From: Escherichia coli O127:H6 str. E2348/69 | Lineage (GTDB): Bacteria > Pseudomonadota > Gammaproteobacteria > Enterobacterales > Enterobacteriaceae | NCBI RefSeq assembly: GCF_000026545.1 | Contig: NC_011601.1 | Length of the DNA stretch: 64,000 nucleotides | Strand: one strand, 5' to 3' | Shown here: positions 13,414 to 24,394 of the stretch, piece by piece | How positions within the stretch are numbered: position 1 is the stretch's first letter | How the letters are laid out: every line of letters starts with the position of its first letter | Notes under the pieces: model-generated | Told to the model about the DNA's origin: nothing | The model's input: only the letters and a program-made list of their open reading frames with translations | Database searches by the model: none | Position numbers and translations under genes: made by a program

Positions 13414-13783
13414 AGATTAGAAATCCTTTTGAAAGCGCATTGTTATGAGTTTACGCATATGGATTCATCTGGCAAATAAAAACGCGGGAAAAGCACTGGT
13501 CAGCGTCAGGGGCGGGGGTATAATGACCATTCTGTTGTTGCATAGAGTAGTTAACATGAAGCGGAGTAGAACGGAAGTGGGGCGCTGGCGCATGCAGCGT
13601 CAGGCTAGCCGACGTAAATCGCGTTGGCTTGAGGGGCAGTCGCGCCGAAATATGCGTATCCACAGCATCAGGAAGTGCATTCTAAACAAACAGCGTAACT
13701 CGTTATTGTTTGCGATCTACAATATCTAAATGTACTGGGCACCATTGCGGTGCCCAATAAGTTTACTCTTCCGTCTTTAAACT

Positions 13784-15037
13784 CTATTTTTGCGCCGATT
13801 CTTTACTGTCAGCTTTCGTTTCTTGTTCATCGTTATCGCTGAAAATGCCATGACCGGAGTTCAACAACATTGAAACGAGCATATCATTATTAATCTCTTC
13901 ACCATTTAAAACTCGCGCCAGAATTTCGCTGCCAAACAGTTGTGGTGAGAGGATGATATCCGGATGTACCATCTTAATCTTATTCAGGTTTTTGCTATCA
14001 CTGACGGCGAGAACTGTTTTGACATCACTGCTCATATCTTTTGCCGAGAGTACAACAAACGCGTTATCTGCATCGTTATCACTCAGCGCCAGAATGGCCC
14101 GGCAACGATCGATTCCCGCTTTCTTTAACACTGAACTGTCATTACTGTCACCGGGGATAACATCGGCGTTATCGCCTAAGCGTTGCTCAAGTTGCTTGAT
14201 ATCATCTTCAGGCAAGTTGCTGATAACCGTTACGTTTTGTCCGCGTTGATTCAGTTGCAGAATCGTATTGATGGCGAGAATCGAATGTCCGCAAACAATA
14301 AAATGATCTTTACGATGCATTGTATGATTGTTTCCTTTTACAAGTTTGTTGAATCCCCCGCGGATAAGCGGACCAAAAATTGAGGTCATAGATGTGGCAA
14401 AAACGGTAATGCCGGAAATAATGACCGAAATAGTGAACAATCGTGCTGATTCAGAAACAGGGACAATATCGCCATAGCCGACGGTTGACATGGTTTCTAT
14501 CGAAAAATAGAACGCGGTCATCAAACTTTCTATTCGCGGATTAAAACCTTCGCTTAAATAAAGCGCACCGTAAGTGGAGTAAAACAGTAACGTCGTGAAA
14601 CTAATAAATGCGAAAATTGTCCCGGCTGCTGCGCTACTGTGGGAGAAGTCTTTGCGCAGTATCAGCAAAAACACCAGCGTAAAAATGCAAAATCCAATAC
14701 TAAATTTCAGCCAGGGATAAAAATGCAGAGTGTAAATTAGCGCTATCAACAACAAAATGATACTGATTGCCCATGCGAGCTTTGCCCGGAACAGTAAGCC
14801 AATGGAGTTCAGGACAAGAAATACGCCGAGCATAAATAGTGGGGCGTTTGCCAGCAAGGAGAGATCCAGCTCTGAAAATGCTTTGATATGGAAAATATCA
14901 AGCAAATTGACCGACATACCATAGATTGTTTTAAAAATAAGCAATCCATTTAAAAAGACGGCCAGCGCGAGAATGTCGTGCCGTAGGGTCACCCATAACT
15001 TTGTTGCTGTTTGTTTGAATGTAGTCCAGTGACTCAC
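13784..15037 (-). CDS. kch: voltage-gated potassium channel Kch
   Basis: K+ selectivity filter TVGYGD plus C-terminal RCK/TrkA-like domain; start placed at GTG giving MSHW... (track ORF starts 18 nt upstream). Confidence 0.88.
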   Translation of the reverse strand: MSHWTTFKQTATKLWVTLRHDILALAVFLNGLLIFKTIYGMSVNLLDIFHIKAFSELDLSLLANAPLFMLGVFLVLNSIGLLFRAKLAWAISIILLLIALIYTLHFYPWLKFSIGFCIFTLVFLLILRKDFSHSSAAAGTIFAFISFTTLLFYSTYGALYLSEGFNPRIESLMTAFYFSIETMSTVGYGDIVPVSESARLFTISVIISGITVFATSMTSIFGPLIRGGFNKLVKGNNHTMHRKDHFIVCGHSILAINTILQLNQRGQNVTVISNLPEDDIKQLEQRLGDNADVIPGDSNDSSVLKKAGIDRCRAILALSDNDADNAFVVLSAKDMSSDVKTVLAVSDSKNLNKIKMVHPDIILSPQLFGSEILARVLNGEEINNDMLVSMLLNSGHGIFSDNDEQETKADSKESAQK

Positions 15038-15336
15038 TGATACCTCTGTAACCACAATTTTGTTTAATTATCTCAACGTGCACATTTTCTGAACATACAT
15101 GCAGCGCGTGAATGTGTTAAACAATAGTAGATGACTTTATCCGCAGTAATCAAAGGTTTTGAGTGAGCAACTCTGCGTCAGGAAAGGGCATTTTCCTGAA
15201 TATGTTCACATCATATAAAGAAATACAGATAAAGTTATTATCTGCTTGTGGTGGTGAATGCACTGACCGACCTATAAGGAAAGGCCAAACAAGAACACGG
15301 TTGCAAAAACCGTGCCCTTAAATATTGAATTTCTAT

Positions 15337-15633
15337 TCAGAACACTTTCTTAAATGGTTTCACTGAAACGTGTTCATAGACTCCTGCCGCTACGTACGGG
15401 TCAGCATCGGCCCAGGCCTGAGCTGCTTCCAGCGACTCAAATTCAGCAATAACGGTTGAGCCAGTAAATCCTGCAGCCCCTGGATCGTTACTGTCTACCG
15501 CTGGCATTGGACCGGCGGTCAACAAACGACCTTCATCATGCAGTAACTGTAAACGTGCTAAATGTGCCGGACGAACGGAAAGGCGTTTTTCGAGGCTATC
15601 AGCTTTGTCTTGAGCGTAAATAACATACAACAC
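15337..15633 (-). CDS. yciI: YciI-like protein
   Basis: Track ORF 15337..15729; probable GTG start at 15633 preceded by GGAG, giving a 98-aa product. Confidence 0.75.
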
Positions 15634-15786
15634 AGGCACAACTCCTTGTTCGGGAAAGTTGTAAAGTACGTTATTTGAAAGGGCGAAGATCTGCAACGGA
15701 AAGATGATGTCTTTGTTAAGACCATGCATAAAGTAAGGTCAATTACGCCAAAAATGACATTTTCACTGATCCTGATCGTCTTGCCT

Positions 15787-15815
15787 TATTGAATATGATT
15801 GCTATTTGCATTTAA
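15787..15815 (+). promoter_or_regulatory. tonB promoter region with Fur-box-like sequence (gaatatgattgctatttgc)
   Basis: AT-rich dyad-like element about 50 bp upstream of the tonB ATG; tonB is known to be Fur-regulated. Confidence 0.55.
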
Positions 15816-15856
15816 AATCGGAGCCTGGTTTTTCTACTGAAATGATTATGACTTCA

Positions 15857-16579
15857 ATGACCCTTGATTTACCTCGCCGCTTCCCCTGGCCGACGTTACT
15901 TTCGGTCTGCATTCATGGTGCTGTTGTGGCGGGTCTGCTCTATACCTCGGTACATCAGGTTATTGAACTACCTGCGCCCGCGCAGCCCATTTCTGTCACG
16001 ATGGTTGCGCCAGCGGATCTCGAACCGCCACAAGCCGTTCAACCCCCACCGGAGCCGGTGGTAGAGCCAGAACCGGAACCTGAGCCGATCCCTGAACCGC
16101 CAAAAGAAGCTCCGGTGGTCATTGAAAAGCCGAAGCCGAAGCCGAAACCTAAGCCAAAACCGAAGCCGGTGAAAAAGGTGGAGCAGCCAAAACGCGATGT
16201 CAAACCCGTAGAGTCGCGACCGGCATCACCGTTTGAAAATACGGCACCGGCACGCCCGTCATCAAGTACGGCAACGGCTGCAACCAGCAAGCCGGTTACC
16301 AGTGTGGCTTCAGGACCACGCGCATTAAGCCGTAATCAGCCGCAGTATCCGGCACGAGCACAGGCATTGCGCATTGAAGGGCAGGTTAAAGTTAAATTTG
16401 ATGTCACGCCAGATGGTCGCGTGGATAACGTACAAATCCTCTCAGCCAAGCCTGCGAACATGTTTGAGCGTGAAGTGAAAAATGCGATGCGCAGATGGCG
16501 TTATGAGCCGGGTAAGCCAGGCAGTGGGATTGTGGTGAATATCCTGTTTAAAATTAACGGCACTACCGAAATTCAGTAA
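15857..16579 (+). CDS. tonB: TonB energy-transducer
   Basis: Start at ATG 15857 ([17 protein letters not shown]); Pro-Glu/Pro-Lys repeat spacer ([16 protein letters not shown]). Confidence 0.95.
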   Translation: MTLDLPRRFPWPTLLSVCIHGAVVAGLLYTSVHQVIELPAPAQPISVTMVAPADLEPPQAVQPPPEPVVEPEPEPEPIPEPPKEAPVVIEKPKPKPKPKPKPKPVKKVEQPKRDVKPVESRPASPFENTAPARPSSSTATAATSKPVTSVASGPRALSRNQPQYPARAQALRIEGQVKVKFDVTPDGRVDNVQILSAKPANMFEREVKNAMRRWRYEPGKPGSGIVVNILFKINGTTEIQ

Positions 16580-16589
16580 GCATAAAGTC

Positions 16590-16614
16590 AAAAGCCTCCG
16601 ACCGGAGGCTTTTG
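16590..16614. terminator. bidirectional rho-independent terminator between tonB and yciA
   Basis: Hairpin agcctccg/cggaggct flanked by an A-run upstream and T-run downstream, between convergent genes. Confidence 0.7.
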
Positions 16615-16618
16615 ATTA

Positions 16619-17017
16619 TTACTCAACGGGTAAGGCGCGAGGTTTTCCTTCGGGATCAACCGCGACATACTTAAATAATGCTTCTGTTGCTTTATAGCGT
16701 TGCCCGATTGGTTCAGACGCCACTTTTTTCACCCACACTTCAATATTAATGCTGACTGATGTCGTCCCTTTCTGGACACAGCGTGCATAGCAGCACACCA
16801 CATCGCCGACCGCAACCGGCCGTAAGAAAGTCATTCCTTCAACCCGCACGGTCACTACACGACCGTGGGCAATTTCTTTCGCCAGAATAGCGCCGCCAAT
16901 ATCCATTTGTGACATTAACCAACCACCAAAGATGTCACCATTAGCGTTGGTATCGGCGGGCATGGCTAAAGTACGTAAAACAAGATCGCCCTGAGGGACG
17001 TTATGTGTTGTAGACAT
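16619..17017 (-). CDS. yciA: acyl-CoA thioesterase YciA
   Basis: 132-aa hotdog-fold-like ORF in conserved position. Confidence 0.88.
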   Translation of the reverse strand: MSTTHNVPQGDLVLRTLAMPADTNANGDIFGGWLMSQMDIGGAILAKEIAHGRVVTVRVEGMTFLRPVAVGDVVCCYARCVQKGTTSVSINIEVWVKKVASEPIGQRYKATEALFKYVAVDPEGKPRALPVE

Positions 17018-17121
17018 GGTAAAACCGACTTAAAAGGAAAATCACAGGCGCGATGCTACTATGATTTTCCTGAGGAGAACAGAGGAGATACAGCGCCAGC
17101 CCCGAAGGACTGGCAGTCTGG

Positions 17122-17661
17122 TTAGGATTTATCTTCCTGCGGCATGTGGCGGTAGATATAGATACCGCTTAACAATGTGAAGATTAAGGTAAGGGCGGTC
17201 AGGCCAAAGACTTTAAAGTTGACCCAAATATTTTGCGGCAGCCAGAATGCGATGTAGATGTTTGCCAGACCGCAAAGGATAAAGAAAACAGCCCAGGCCA
17301 GATTCAGCTTCGACCATACCGATTGCGGCAGGGTGAGTTCTTTACCCAGCATCCGCTGAATTAGCGGCTTTTTCATCACCCATTGGCTGACTAACAGGGC
17401 ACCCGCAAACAGGGCATAAATGACAGTAACCTTCCATTTAATAAACTCATCATTGTGGAAGAACAGCGTCAAGCCACCGAAGACGACCACCAGAACAAAA
17501 GTGATCAGGGCCATCTTCTCGACCTTACGAAAGCGAACCCAGCTATATATAAGCACAATCGCCGTGGCGACGATGAGCGCCGCAGTAGCCGCATAGATGT
17601 CATAAATCTTGTAAAACGCGAAAAAGACAACCAGCGGTAAAAAATCAAGAAACTGCTTCAT
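17122..17661 (-). CDS. yciB: inner-membrane septation protein YciB (IspZ)
   Basis: 179-aa multi-pass membrane ORF. Confidence 0.88.
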   Translation of the reverse strand: MKQFLDFLPLVVFFAFYKIYDIYAATAALIVATAIVLIYSWVRFRKVEKMALITFVLVVVFGGLTLFFHNDEFIKWKVTVIYALFAGALLVSQWVMKKPLIQRMLGKELTLPQSVWSKLNLAWAVFFILCGLANIYIAFWLPQNIWVNFKVFGLTALTLIFTLLSGIYIYRHMPQEDKS

Positions 17662-17690
17662 TTTACGATTCCGTAATCAAATGCTTAAGG

Positions 17691-18434
17691 TTATTGGCGA
17701 ATCAACATATACAGGCGGAACAGATAGATGAGCAATACGGCTGAAATCAGGTTGCTCAAGGTGTTCGCCAGTACGGCACCAATTGCCGGGGTTAATGCGG
17801 CAAAAGAAGAGGCAAAAAGCAGCAACAGTGTTTTTGCCAGCAACCAGCTCAGTACTGCGGGTGCCACCAGACGTATATTCGCCCATGTCAGCCGCATACT
17901 GCTACGCATCGAGGCAAAAACGCCCATTTTGTCCTGTACCAGCATCACCGGTGCCAGAGCCAGTAAAATGGCCATGATAATTCCCGGAACGACCACCAGC
18001 ATGATGCCAATCTGTACTAAAAGGGTAGTCAGAAAAATCAGAATAAATAACTTTGGCAATATCGGCGCACTGGCACCAATAGCTCGCAGTGCACTGACTC
18101 TCTGACCCGCAGACACCAGCTGGATAATTAATATTACGCCCCCGGCGAGAATGGCGTTACCGATTAATCCTGAAAAAGTGGACGCCGCTGAAGCCTGCAG
18201 CAAAATTTGTTGCTGTTCCGGTGACATATTCTGAACCAGGTCGAACAACCCACTACTGCCGCTAACGGGTACGCCGTCATTGAGCTGCGCAAGCTGTGCA
18301 TCACTGGGTGAGAAAACATGCCCTAACACCACTGTGATAAACGCACATAGCAACGATACCAACAGAATGGTCACAAATTGATTACGGAAGAAATTTCCGG
18401 TGTCACGGTATACGGACTGCGCCGTGATAGACAT
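17691..18434 (-). CDS. yciC: inner-membrane protein YciC
   Basis: 247-aa multi-pass membrane ORF. Confidence 0.85.
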   Translation of the reverse strand: MSITAQSVYRDTGNFFRNQFVTILLVSLLCAFITVVLGHVFSPSDAQLAQLNDGVPVSGSSGLFDLVQNMSPEQQQILLQASAASTFSGLIGNAILAGGVILIIQLVSAGQRVSALRAIGASAPILPKLFILIFLTTLLVQIGIMLVVVPGIIMAILLALAPVMLVQDKMGVFASMRSSMRLTWANIRLVAPAVLSWLLAKTLLLLFASSFAALTPAIGAVLANTLSNLISAVLLIYLFRLYMLIRQ

Positions 18435-18790
18435 GCACTCTCCTTGAGTTTTATGCAGGTGTTAATTAGCGGGCAATTGTACCCTGGTTAAGCCTCGGGT
18501 GGCAGCATCAGGTCTTGTATGGAAAAGCATATCTTTGTAAAGCGGAGGTAATTGCTGGCCTTCAGGCGTGGGCAAATCGCGGCAAGTGGCGAACGAGTTA
18601 ATATTTGCGTAGCGAAAATATTTAAAAATTGATTTAAATCACATTAACCAGGATTTTCAATGCAACTTCTAAATTAATCCAGATCAATAAAGGGTGAATT
18701 ATCATATGTAATGTGATCTATGTAGGATCATTTGTTACTCCAATGTAGGTATATTCGTCACGTTTTTATAACCATAACGACGGAGCGGAT

Positions 18791-19429
18791 ATGAAAAAGT
18801 TAACAGTGGCGGCTTTGGCAGTAACAACTCTTCTCTCTGGCAGTGCCTTTGCGCATGAAGCAGGCGAATTTTTTATGCGTGCAGGTTCTGCAACCGTACG
18901 TCCAACAGAAGGTGCTGGTGGTACGTTAGGAAGTCTGGGTGGATTCAGCGTGACCAATAACACGCAACTGGGCCTGACGTTTACTTATATGGCGACCGAT
19001 AACATTGGTGTGGAATTGCTGGCAGCGACGCCGTTCCGCCATAAAGTTGGCACAGCCACTACCGGGGATATTGCGACTGTCCACCATTTACCGCCAACAC
19101 TGATGGCACAATGGTATTTTGGCGATTCAGGCAGTAAATTCCGTCCTTACATTGGTGCGGGTATTAACTACACCACCTTTTTTAATAATGACTTCAATGA
19201 CACCGGTGAAGGTCTTGGTTTATCTGACCTTAGTCTGAAGGATTCATGGGGCGTGGCGGGGCAAGTAGGTCTGGATTATCTCATCAACCGTGACTGGTTG
19301 CTGAATATGTCGGTCTGGTACATGGATATCGATACCACGGCTAAGTACAAATCTGGTGTTACTACCGTAAAAGACTCGGTACGACTGGATCCGTGGGTGT
19401 TTATGTTCTCCGCAGGATATCGTTTTTAA
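18791..19429 (+). CDS. ompW: outer-membrane protein OmpW
   Basis: 212 aa, signal peptide MKKLTVAALAVTTLLSGSAFA, beta-barrel with C-terminal ...GYRF. Confidence 0.95.
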   Translation: MKKLTVAALAVTTLLSGSAFAHEAGEFFMRAGSATVRPTEGAGGTLGSLGGFSVTNNTQLGLTFTYMATDNIGVELLAATPFRHKVGTATTGDIATVHHLPPTLMAQWYFGDSGSKFRPYIGAGINYTTFFNNDFNDTGEGLGLSDLSLKDSWGVAGQVGLDYLINRDWLLNMSVWYMDIDTTAKYKSGVTTVKDSVRLDPWVFMFSAGYRF

Positions 19430-19433
19430 TTTT

Positions 19434-19468
19434 CTCTGCAAAACCTCTGCAAAACCCCTCTGCAAAAC
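19434..19468. repeat. three tandem 11-bp repeats (ctctgcaaaac) at the chromosome/prophage junction; candidate attL / integrase-binding region
   Basis: Copies at 19434-19444, 19445-19455 and 19458-19468, between the ompW stop and the int stop. Confidence 0.5.
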
Positions 19469-19492
19469 TGGTCATCAAATGACCAGTTTTTT
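19464..19492. terminator. hairpin with flanking A/T runs shared by ompW (+) and int (-) 3' ends
   Basis: aaaa-ctggtca-tcaaa-tgaccag-tttttt; overlaps the last codons of int. Confidence 0.6.
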
Positions 19493-20605
19493 CCATTCCT
19501 TACCGCGTGCGTCGTTGTAAATATCGGTCATTTTTTGATTCGAATGGCCTAGCAAAATTTTGGTATCAACCCCCTGCTCTCTGAACAATCGCTCTGATAA
19601 AGATCTCTGCTCATGGAAAGAGGGAGGGGTGCCATTAGCACGCCAGTTGTAATCCACAGAATCCCGGGCTTTTTTAAATGCAACGGTTAATGTTGCTGGC
19701 TTAACCATCCCGCCGCGCTTAGCTGTCCCTTTCGCGTGATGGTGGTGCAATAGCCACGGACTAAGAACGCAATCGCGGCAGGATGACACCACATCATCCA
19801 GGGTGAGATTTAATTTATCGCAACGCAGAGCCAGAGGGATGGCAATCCGGGTTCCTGTTTTTTGCTGTTCGACATGAAGATAACCATCCCGGATATCCGA
19901 AAATTGCATTTTGCAAATATCTGAAAGGCGCTGGCCTGTCATCAGTGCCAGCAGCATACCTCGCTGTAAAAAGTAACCATCCTTTTCCGCTGCGTTATAA
20001 ATCATCATCCACTCATCAAAAGTCAGTCGCTGTCTTGATATCCGCACCTGCGGTTTTTTTGCCGATTCTGCAGGGTTAAAGCCTGGCGGGACATCGCCCG
20101 TTTGCTGAGCTTCCCGGAAAACATCGATCAGTACTTTCCTGAAAATTTGTCCCATTCTGTTATGTCCTCTGGCCTTGTACTCTTCCAGTACTGATACCAC
20201 ATCTTTTACGGTTATGGCATCTAACGGTCTGGTGCCAAAACGTTCATCAAATACCCTGAGAGGGGCCGCTTTCTGTTTCAGCGTGTTGAGTTTGATCTCG
20301 CCGTTTTTATATCTTTCCTGTTGAATTTTTCTGTAATTATTCAGAAAAATGGTAACGGTTGATGAACCGCCGGTATCACTAATAATTTTCTCCTGCAGAC
20401 TGAGCATTTGTTCCATTTGCTGCCGGGCAAGACGGCTGTTCGCTTCTGCTGCAATAGTTTCTGCCAGTTTCTGGTCAATACTGCCGAGACCGTGATTTTT
20501 GCCTGTTATGGGATGCCTGTAACGCCAGTAAACTTTGTTATTTCTTTTGTCAAAATACGGAGATAATCCCGGAACATCGGTTTTATATTTTCGCGGGCGC
20601 GCCAT
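19475..20605 (-). CDS. int: phage integrase, lambda-Int-like tyrosine recombinase
   Basis: 376 aa; C-terminus ...LLGHSNQKMTDIYNDARGKEWKKLVI resembles the lambda Int catalytic C-terminus. Confidence 0.92.
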   Translation of the reverse strand: MARPRKYKTDVPGLSPYFDKRNNKVYWRYRHPITGKNHGLGSIDQKLAETIAAEANSRLARQQMEQMLSLQEKIISDTGGSSTVTIFLNNYRKIQQERYKNGEIKLNTLKQKAAPLRVFDERFGTRPLDAITVKDVVSVLEEYKARGHNRMGQIFRKVLIDVFREAQQTGDVPPGFNPAESAKKPQVRISRQRLTFDEWMMIYNAAEKDGYFLQRGMLLALMTGQRLSDICKMQFSDIRDGYLHVEQQKTGTRIAIPLALRCDKLNLTLDDVVSSCRDCVLSPWLLHHHHAKGTAKRGGMVKPATLTVAFKKARDSVDYNWRANGTPPSFHEQRSLSERLFREQGVDTKILLGHSNQKMTDIYNDARGKEWKKLVI

Positions 20606-20831
20606 CTTCCAGTATCCTCTTCAAAGCAGGGTGATCTGTGGCGATCACCTCCGGCTTGTTTACCATTCCGACAAAGCGAGCTTGCGGATCCACTCGCCAG
20701 CGTCTTCCAACTTTTTTGGGGAGAGGAAATATCATTCCGGCTTTAGCGTATTTACTTAACGTACTCGGAGTTGGGACCGGTTCACTGAATTCCTCTTTTG
20801 CCCACTCAGTGAGCAGAATAAGTCTTGCCAT
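20583..20831 (-). CDS. xis: excisionase (Xis-like)
   Basis: 82 aa, overlaps int start; LTEWAK...IFPLPKKVGRRWRV resembles lambda Xis. Confidence 0.7.
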   Translation of the reverse strand: MARLILLTEWAKEEFSEPVPTPSTLSKYAKAGMIFPLPKKVGRRWRVDPQARFVGMVNKPEVIATDHPALKRILEDGAPAKI

Positions 20832-20895
20832 GAGCGTCGTTCGCTAATCATGGTCGCCGCCACTATAGCTGGTGGGCAACGACCGGGGTTGAACA

Positions 20896-23367
20896 TTAAA
20901 AATCAGCCTGATTCGGGATCAGTTTTTGCCAGATAACTGAAACGTATTTTGCCTGGTAACGGGCGTCATCAAGTGCATTATGGCGCTCACCTTCGAATGG
21001 AATAGCCGTTCTGGCATCGAAGTCTATGGCTTTCCCCAGCTCAACGATTGTGCGTACATCGCGATCGTTGTAGTAACGCCACGGGCAGGGGATCCCCTGC
21101 CGTTCGTATGAACGGCGCAAAATCGTGTTGTCGAAGTTGGCTCCATTTCCCCAGACCTGAACAAAAAATTCACCGGAGTTTTCGTCGATAAATTCCCGCA
21201 ATTGTAACAGTGCATCATCTAACGGGATTTCATCGGTCATAATGGCAGATTGCGCTTCGCGTGATTGCTTAAGCCACCATTTAATGGTGTCCCGATCAAT
21301 GACCCCGCCAGCAGTTTCCAGATCGATAGTCTTACTAAATTCCGGTCCCATATCTCCGGTTTGCGGATCGAAAAATATTGCACCTATTGAGATGATCGGG
21401 GCATCAGGATTTTTTCCCATGGTTTCAAGGTCGATCATTAGATGGTCACACGTCCTGCTGGTGGATGTGATTTCTTGATGACCGTTCACCTTAATTGAGT
21501 GATCTGCCGTCTCGCCAGTTTCATTATCGCTATCGTGATGCTGATTGCCGTCAGTGTTCTCCTTGTGTGGATGTTCAGCGCCTTCCATTTCCTCCGGATC
21601 ATCTTCCTGAACTTCAACCTGATACTCTTCATCGAATGTTTCCTGGTATGTTGCGTCGCCCATCACCGCGCCACAATCAGGGCAGTTGCCGCCGCCGGTC
21701 TGACCGCAGGCGGTGCAGACTTTTTCCACTTCCTGTTGCGCCACTGGTTCAGGCTGTTTCGTTTCTGGCTCGTTTTGTAACGCATTTGGGCTGTTTTGTT
21801 CCGCTTTCTGGCCGTTCTGTTCCGTTTCTTGCTGGTTCTGATTCACTGAATCGCGGGTTTCAATCCCCTTCACCCATTTCGGATCATTCTGGTCGCTAAT
21901 CCCTGCAACAAATTCTCCGCGAGAGGCAGCAAGCAACTTATCGGCGTCAGGCTGGCTGATATTGGCTGCCTGCATAATTTTGTTTACTTCGTCAGCGGTA
22001 ACTTTTACCGGCTCTGGTTGTGCGGTCGTGTCAGATGCACCAGTATTTTGTTGTGAACCTGAGTATGTACTGTTTTTGCGGGCGAAATATTCTTCTTTCG
22101 TGATTTCAGTAGCCCCGGCAGCCAGCGCCTTATCCAGACCAGAAAGTTTGTTTGCGCGACCGTATTTTTCGCCATCCTTGTCGGTGAAGAGGAAGTAGAA
22201 CGGCCCTTCACGCTCTACAGATGGTTCGACTTCCACTTTGCATTCGGTTTTTTCGTTGTCCGGAATTGCCGTTTCCACTGCATCAGTTTCTGGTACTGGC
22301 GACGAGAGAGTATCAGTTGCGCTCTGATTTCTTCCTTCATCTTCAAACACGCCCTTTGTAGTCAGGTATTCAGTAATGTATTTGTTCAGTGCCACAGGGT
22401 CTTTGTGAATGTCGATCGGACGTTCACGGACAAGGCCAAAAATAGTCTGGCGGTCGTAGCGAAGGGCATCAGGCTGTTTGCGCATTGATGCCGAGATACG
22501 CTTCCAGTCTTCGCGGTCGTTGTCGATAACTTCATTTTTTGCCCAGCGATGGATGCTGCCGTCAATGTTTCCGGCATCCACATCACCAGGCCAGAGAGCG
22601 TAGGCCAGTTCGTCATCCAGTGTTTTCCATGTCTGCTTGTATTCGCGATGAATGGCAGCAATGACCGGGCTGATTTTTCCTGTTGAATTTTCAGTGTTCT
22701 GTTGATTGGTTCTGGCGCGGGCGAGATCAACAACAGACGTGTATTTTCCGGTTTCCTTGCGTTCACCTTCGCGACGTTTTTTCCAGATGCGCATCTCTGC
22801 CTGAATTTCGGGCCATTTGGCACCAGGCTTACATTTATGCTTAACCCACCCGATGGCATGCAGCTTAAGCTCCGGATACATGGCGTTAACTTCTGGCATT
22901 TTCATCAACGCTTCAACGATATGTCCGTCGAATGTTGCCATGTCTTCCTGCAACAATTCCTGTGCGCTAATAACCATATCAACGGTGATGTTTTCACATG
23001 TGTCGAACTTAACCATGACAGCGTTCGGTACTTCAGGGGCCAGCTTGTCAAAAGTGACGTTCATCGGATCTGATTCAGTCTCAACCGGGACAAAGGAAGC
23101 AGACTCCTCATCCCAGCGGTTTTCCTGCATATATTCAGCATCCCAGGAATCGAGGGCAGGGCGGGGTATGCCGGGTTTATCCTCACAGACAATAAATTTA
23201 TAAGCGCAGTCCTGAGCTGCAGGGAATTGCTCCAGAAATTGCCAATGAAATTTTGCGCGTGCGCGACGCTCATCACCAGCTTCAATGGCAGTGGCCACCG
23301 CAACAGCGCTATCTTCTTTTATGGCCTGTTCATCAGGAATAGCAGCGCAAATAAAGACTTTACTCAT
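20896..23367 (-). CDS. large prophage exonuclease with C-terminal DnaQ-like (DEDDh) 3'-5' exonuclease domain
   Basis: 823 aa; C-terminus has MIDLETMG ... HNALDDA motifs; central CxxC...CPDC zinc-ribbon-like cysteines; acidic low-complexity middle. Confidence 0.7.
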   Translation of the reverse strand: MSKVFICAAIPDEQAIKEDSAVAVATAIEAGDERRARAKFHWQFLEQFPAAQDCAYKFIVCEDKPGIPRPALDSWDAEYMQENRWDEESASFVPVETESDPMNVTFDKLAPEVPNAVMVKFDTCENITVDMVISAQELLQEDMATFDGHIVEALMKMPEVNAMYPELKLHAIGWVKHKCKPGAKWPEIQAEMRIWKKRREGERKETGKYTSVVDLARARTNQQNTENSTGKISPVIAAIHREYKQTWKTLDDELAYALWPGDVDAGNIDGSIHRWAKNEVIDNDREDWKRISASMRKQPDALRYDRQTIFGLVRERPIDIHKDPVALNKYITEYLTTKGVFEDEGRNQSATDTLSSPVPETDAVETAIPDNEKTECKVEVEPSVEREGPFYFLFTDKDGEKYGRANKLSGLDKALAAGATEITKEEYFARKNSTYSGSQQNTGASDTTAQPEPVKVTADEVNKIMQAANISQPDADKLLAASRGEFVAGISDQNDPKWVKGIETRDSVNQNQQETEQNGQKAEQNSPNALQNEPETKQPEPVAQQEVEKVCTACGQTGGGNCPDCGAVMGDATYQETFDEEYQVEVQEDDPEEMEGAEHPHKENTDGNQHHDSDNETGETADHSIKVNGHQEITSTSRTCDHLMIDLETMGKNPDAPIISIGAIFFDPQTGDMGPEFSKTIDLETAGGVIDRDTIKWWLKQSREAQSAIMTDEIPLDDALLQLREFIDENSGEFFVQVWGNGANFDNTILRRSYERQGIPCPWRYYNDRDVRTIVELGKAIDFDARTAIPFEGERHNALDDARYQAKYVSVIWQKLIPNQADF

Positions 23368-23459
23368 TTTGTTTTACCTCATTACAGATTTAAGGGTGAA
23401 CAAATCCCTGCCATTGCTGGCATATAAGAATGAAACCGGATGTTTATTACGGAACTGTT

Positions 23460-23705
23460 TTAAAGACCTGCCGGGATTTCGTTATTATCCTGGTGAATAA
23501 CTTTATCGACCGGGTAACAGTTACCGGGAATTTTCTGTTCGGTTGCTGCAGTCACACACTCCTGCATTGTCCTGTGAACACTGACTGCAATATCAACTGG
23601 CTCTCCGGAAACAAGAAAAACTGTCAGAACAAGTGCAAATGCTGTATTCATTGCCAGCATCCTTTTTGTATCGGACGTAAACGGGCCAGCATTGAAAGAA
23701 TGCAT
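23460..23705 (-). CDS. hypothetical small secreted/membrane protein (early-left region)
   Basis: 81-aa ORF with a hydrophobic signal-like segment MLAMNTAFALVLTVFLVSG; same strand as the exonuclease; start uncertain. Confidence 0.3.
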   Translation of the reverse strand: MHSFNAGPFTSDTKRMLAMNTAFALVLTVFLVSGEPVDIAVSVHRTMQECVTAATEQKIPGNCYPVDKVIHQDNNEIPAGL

Positions 23706-24394
23706 ATTTTATTTAATAGCTCCCGTTCGTGTTTTCTCTTGTTAATGGCATCTTCAGTAAATACAGGGTTACTGATAGTGACACCAATTTCAAAACAACC
23801 TTCAGACGTATTAACGTTTGGTAATAACGTTTCCATTATCGCGTCCTCAACAATGAATTTTGTGATGTGGTGCCTGGTGCCTCCAGGTGACGTTAACCAG
23901 TTAACAATTAACGCCGGATACAGAGAATCCACCCATAACACTGTTTTTGGTTTTAACTGTTCCGCGTGCGCTCAGCCGCATTCACCGCATCACAAAATTC
24001 ACTTTAAAAACGGCGGCAGAGCAGTCACGGAGTAAAACTGATACCGCCAAACGTCACCAGAAAATTGATAACAGAGGGCGTTGCAGCGGGGTTGTCGCTT
24101 AAGCGTATGGTCAACCTGACAACCCGGTGTCCTCAACGGGGAAGGAATAACCCCGCCATACTTACCGCCGCGCCATTTCGCGGAGTGCCACAACCGGAAG
24201 CGCACGGTCGAACTAAATTTAACGACACCGTACAGAGAGACCAATTTTGCCGTGCGCTTTCGCGTTATGCCCTGACTTTTCAGGGACATATCCTTTCAGT
24301 AAACTGTCAGTGCCGGATGTTCACCCGTGTCCGGCGCACGCACTCCACCTGACCCGTGGAGAACTCCTTAATTACCAACCCTCAGGAGGGTGAA

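Noticed and set aside
16039-16290. Gly-rich minus-strand ORF and Pro-Lys/Pro-Glu repeats in tonB as something novel
   Set aside because: The repeats are the well-known TonB proline-rich spacer; the minus ORF is its antisense shadow.
23430-24035. 201-aa Cys-rich plus-strand ORF in the early-left region
   Set aside because: Wrong orientation for this operon and composition looks like a random frame; overlaps more plausible minus-strand ORFs.
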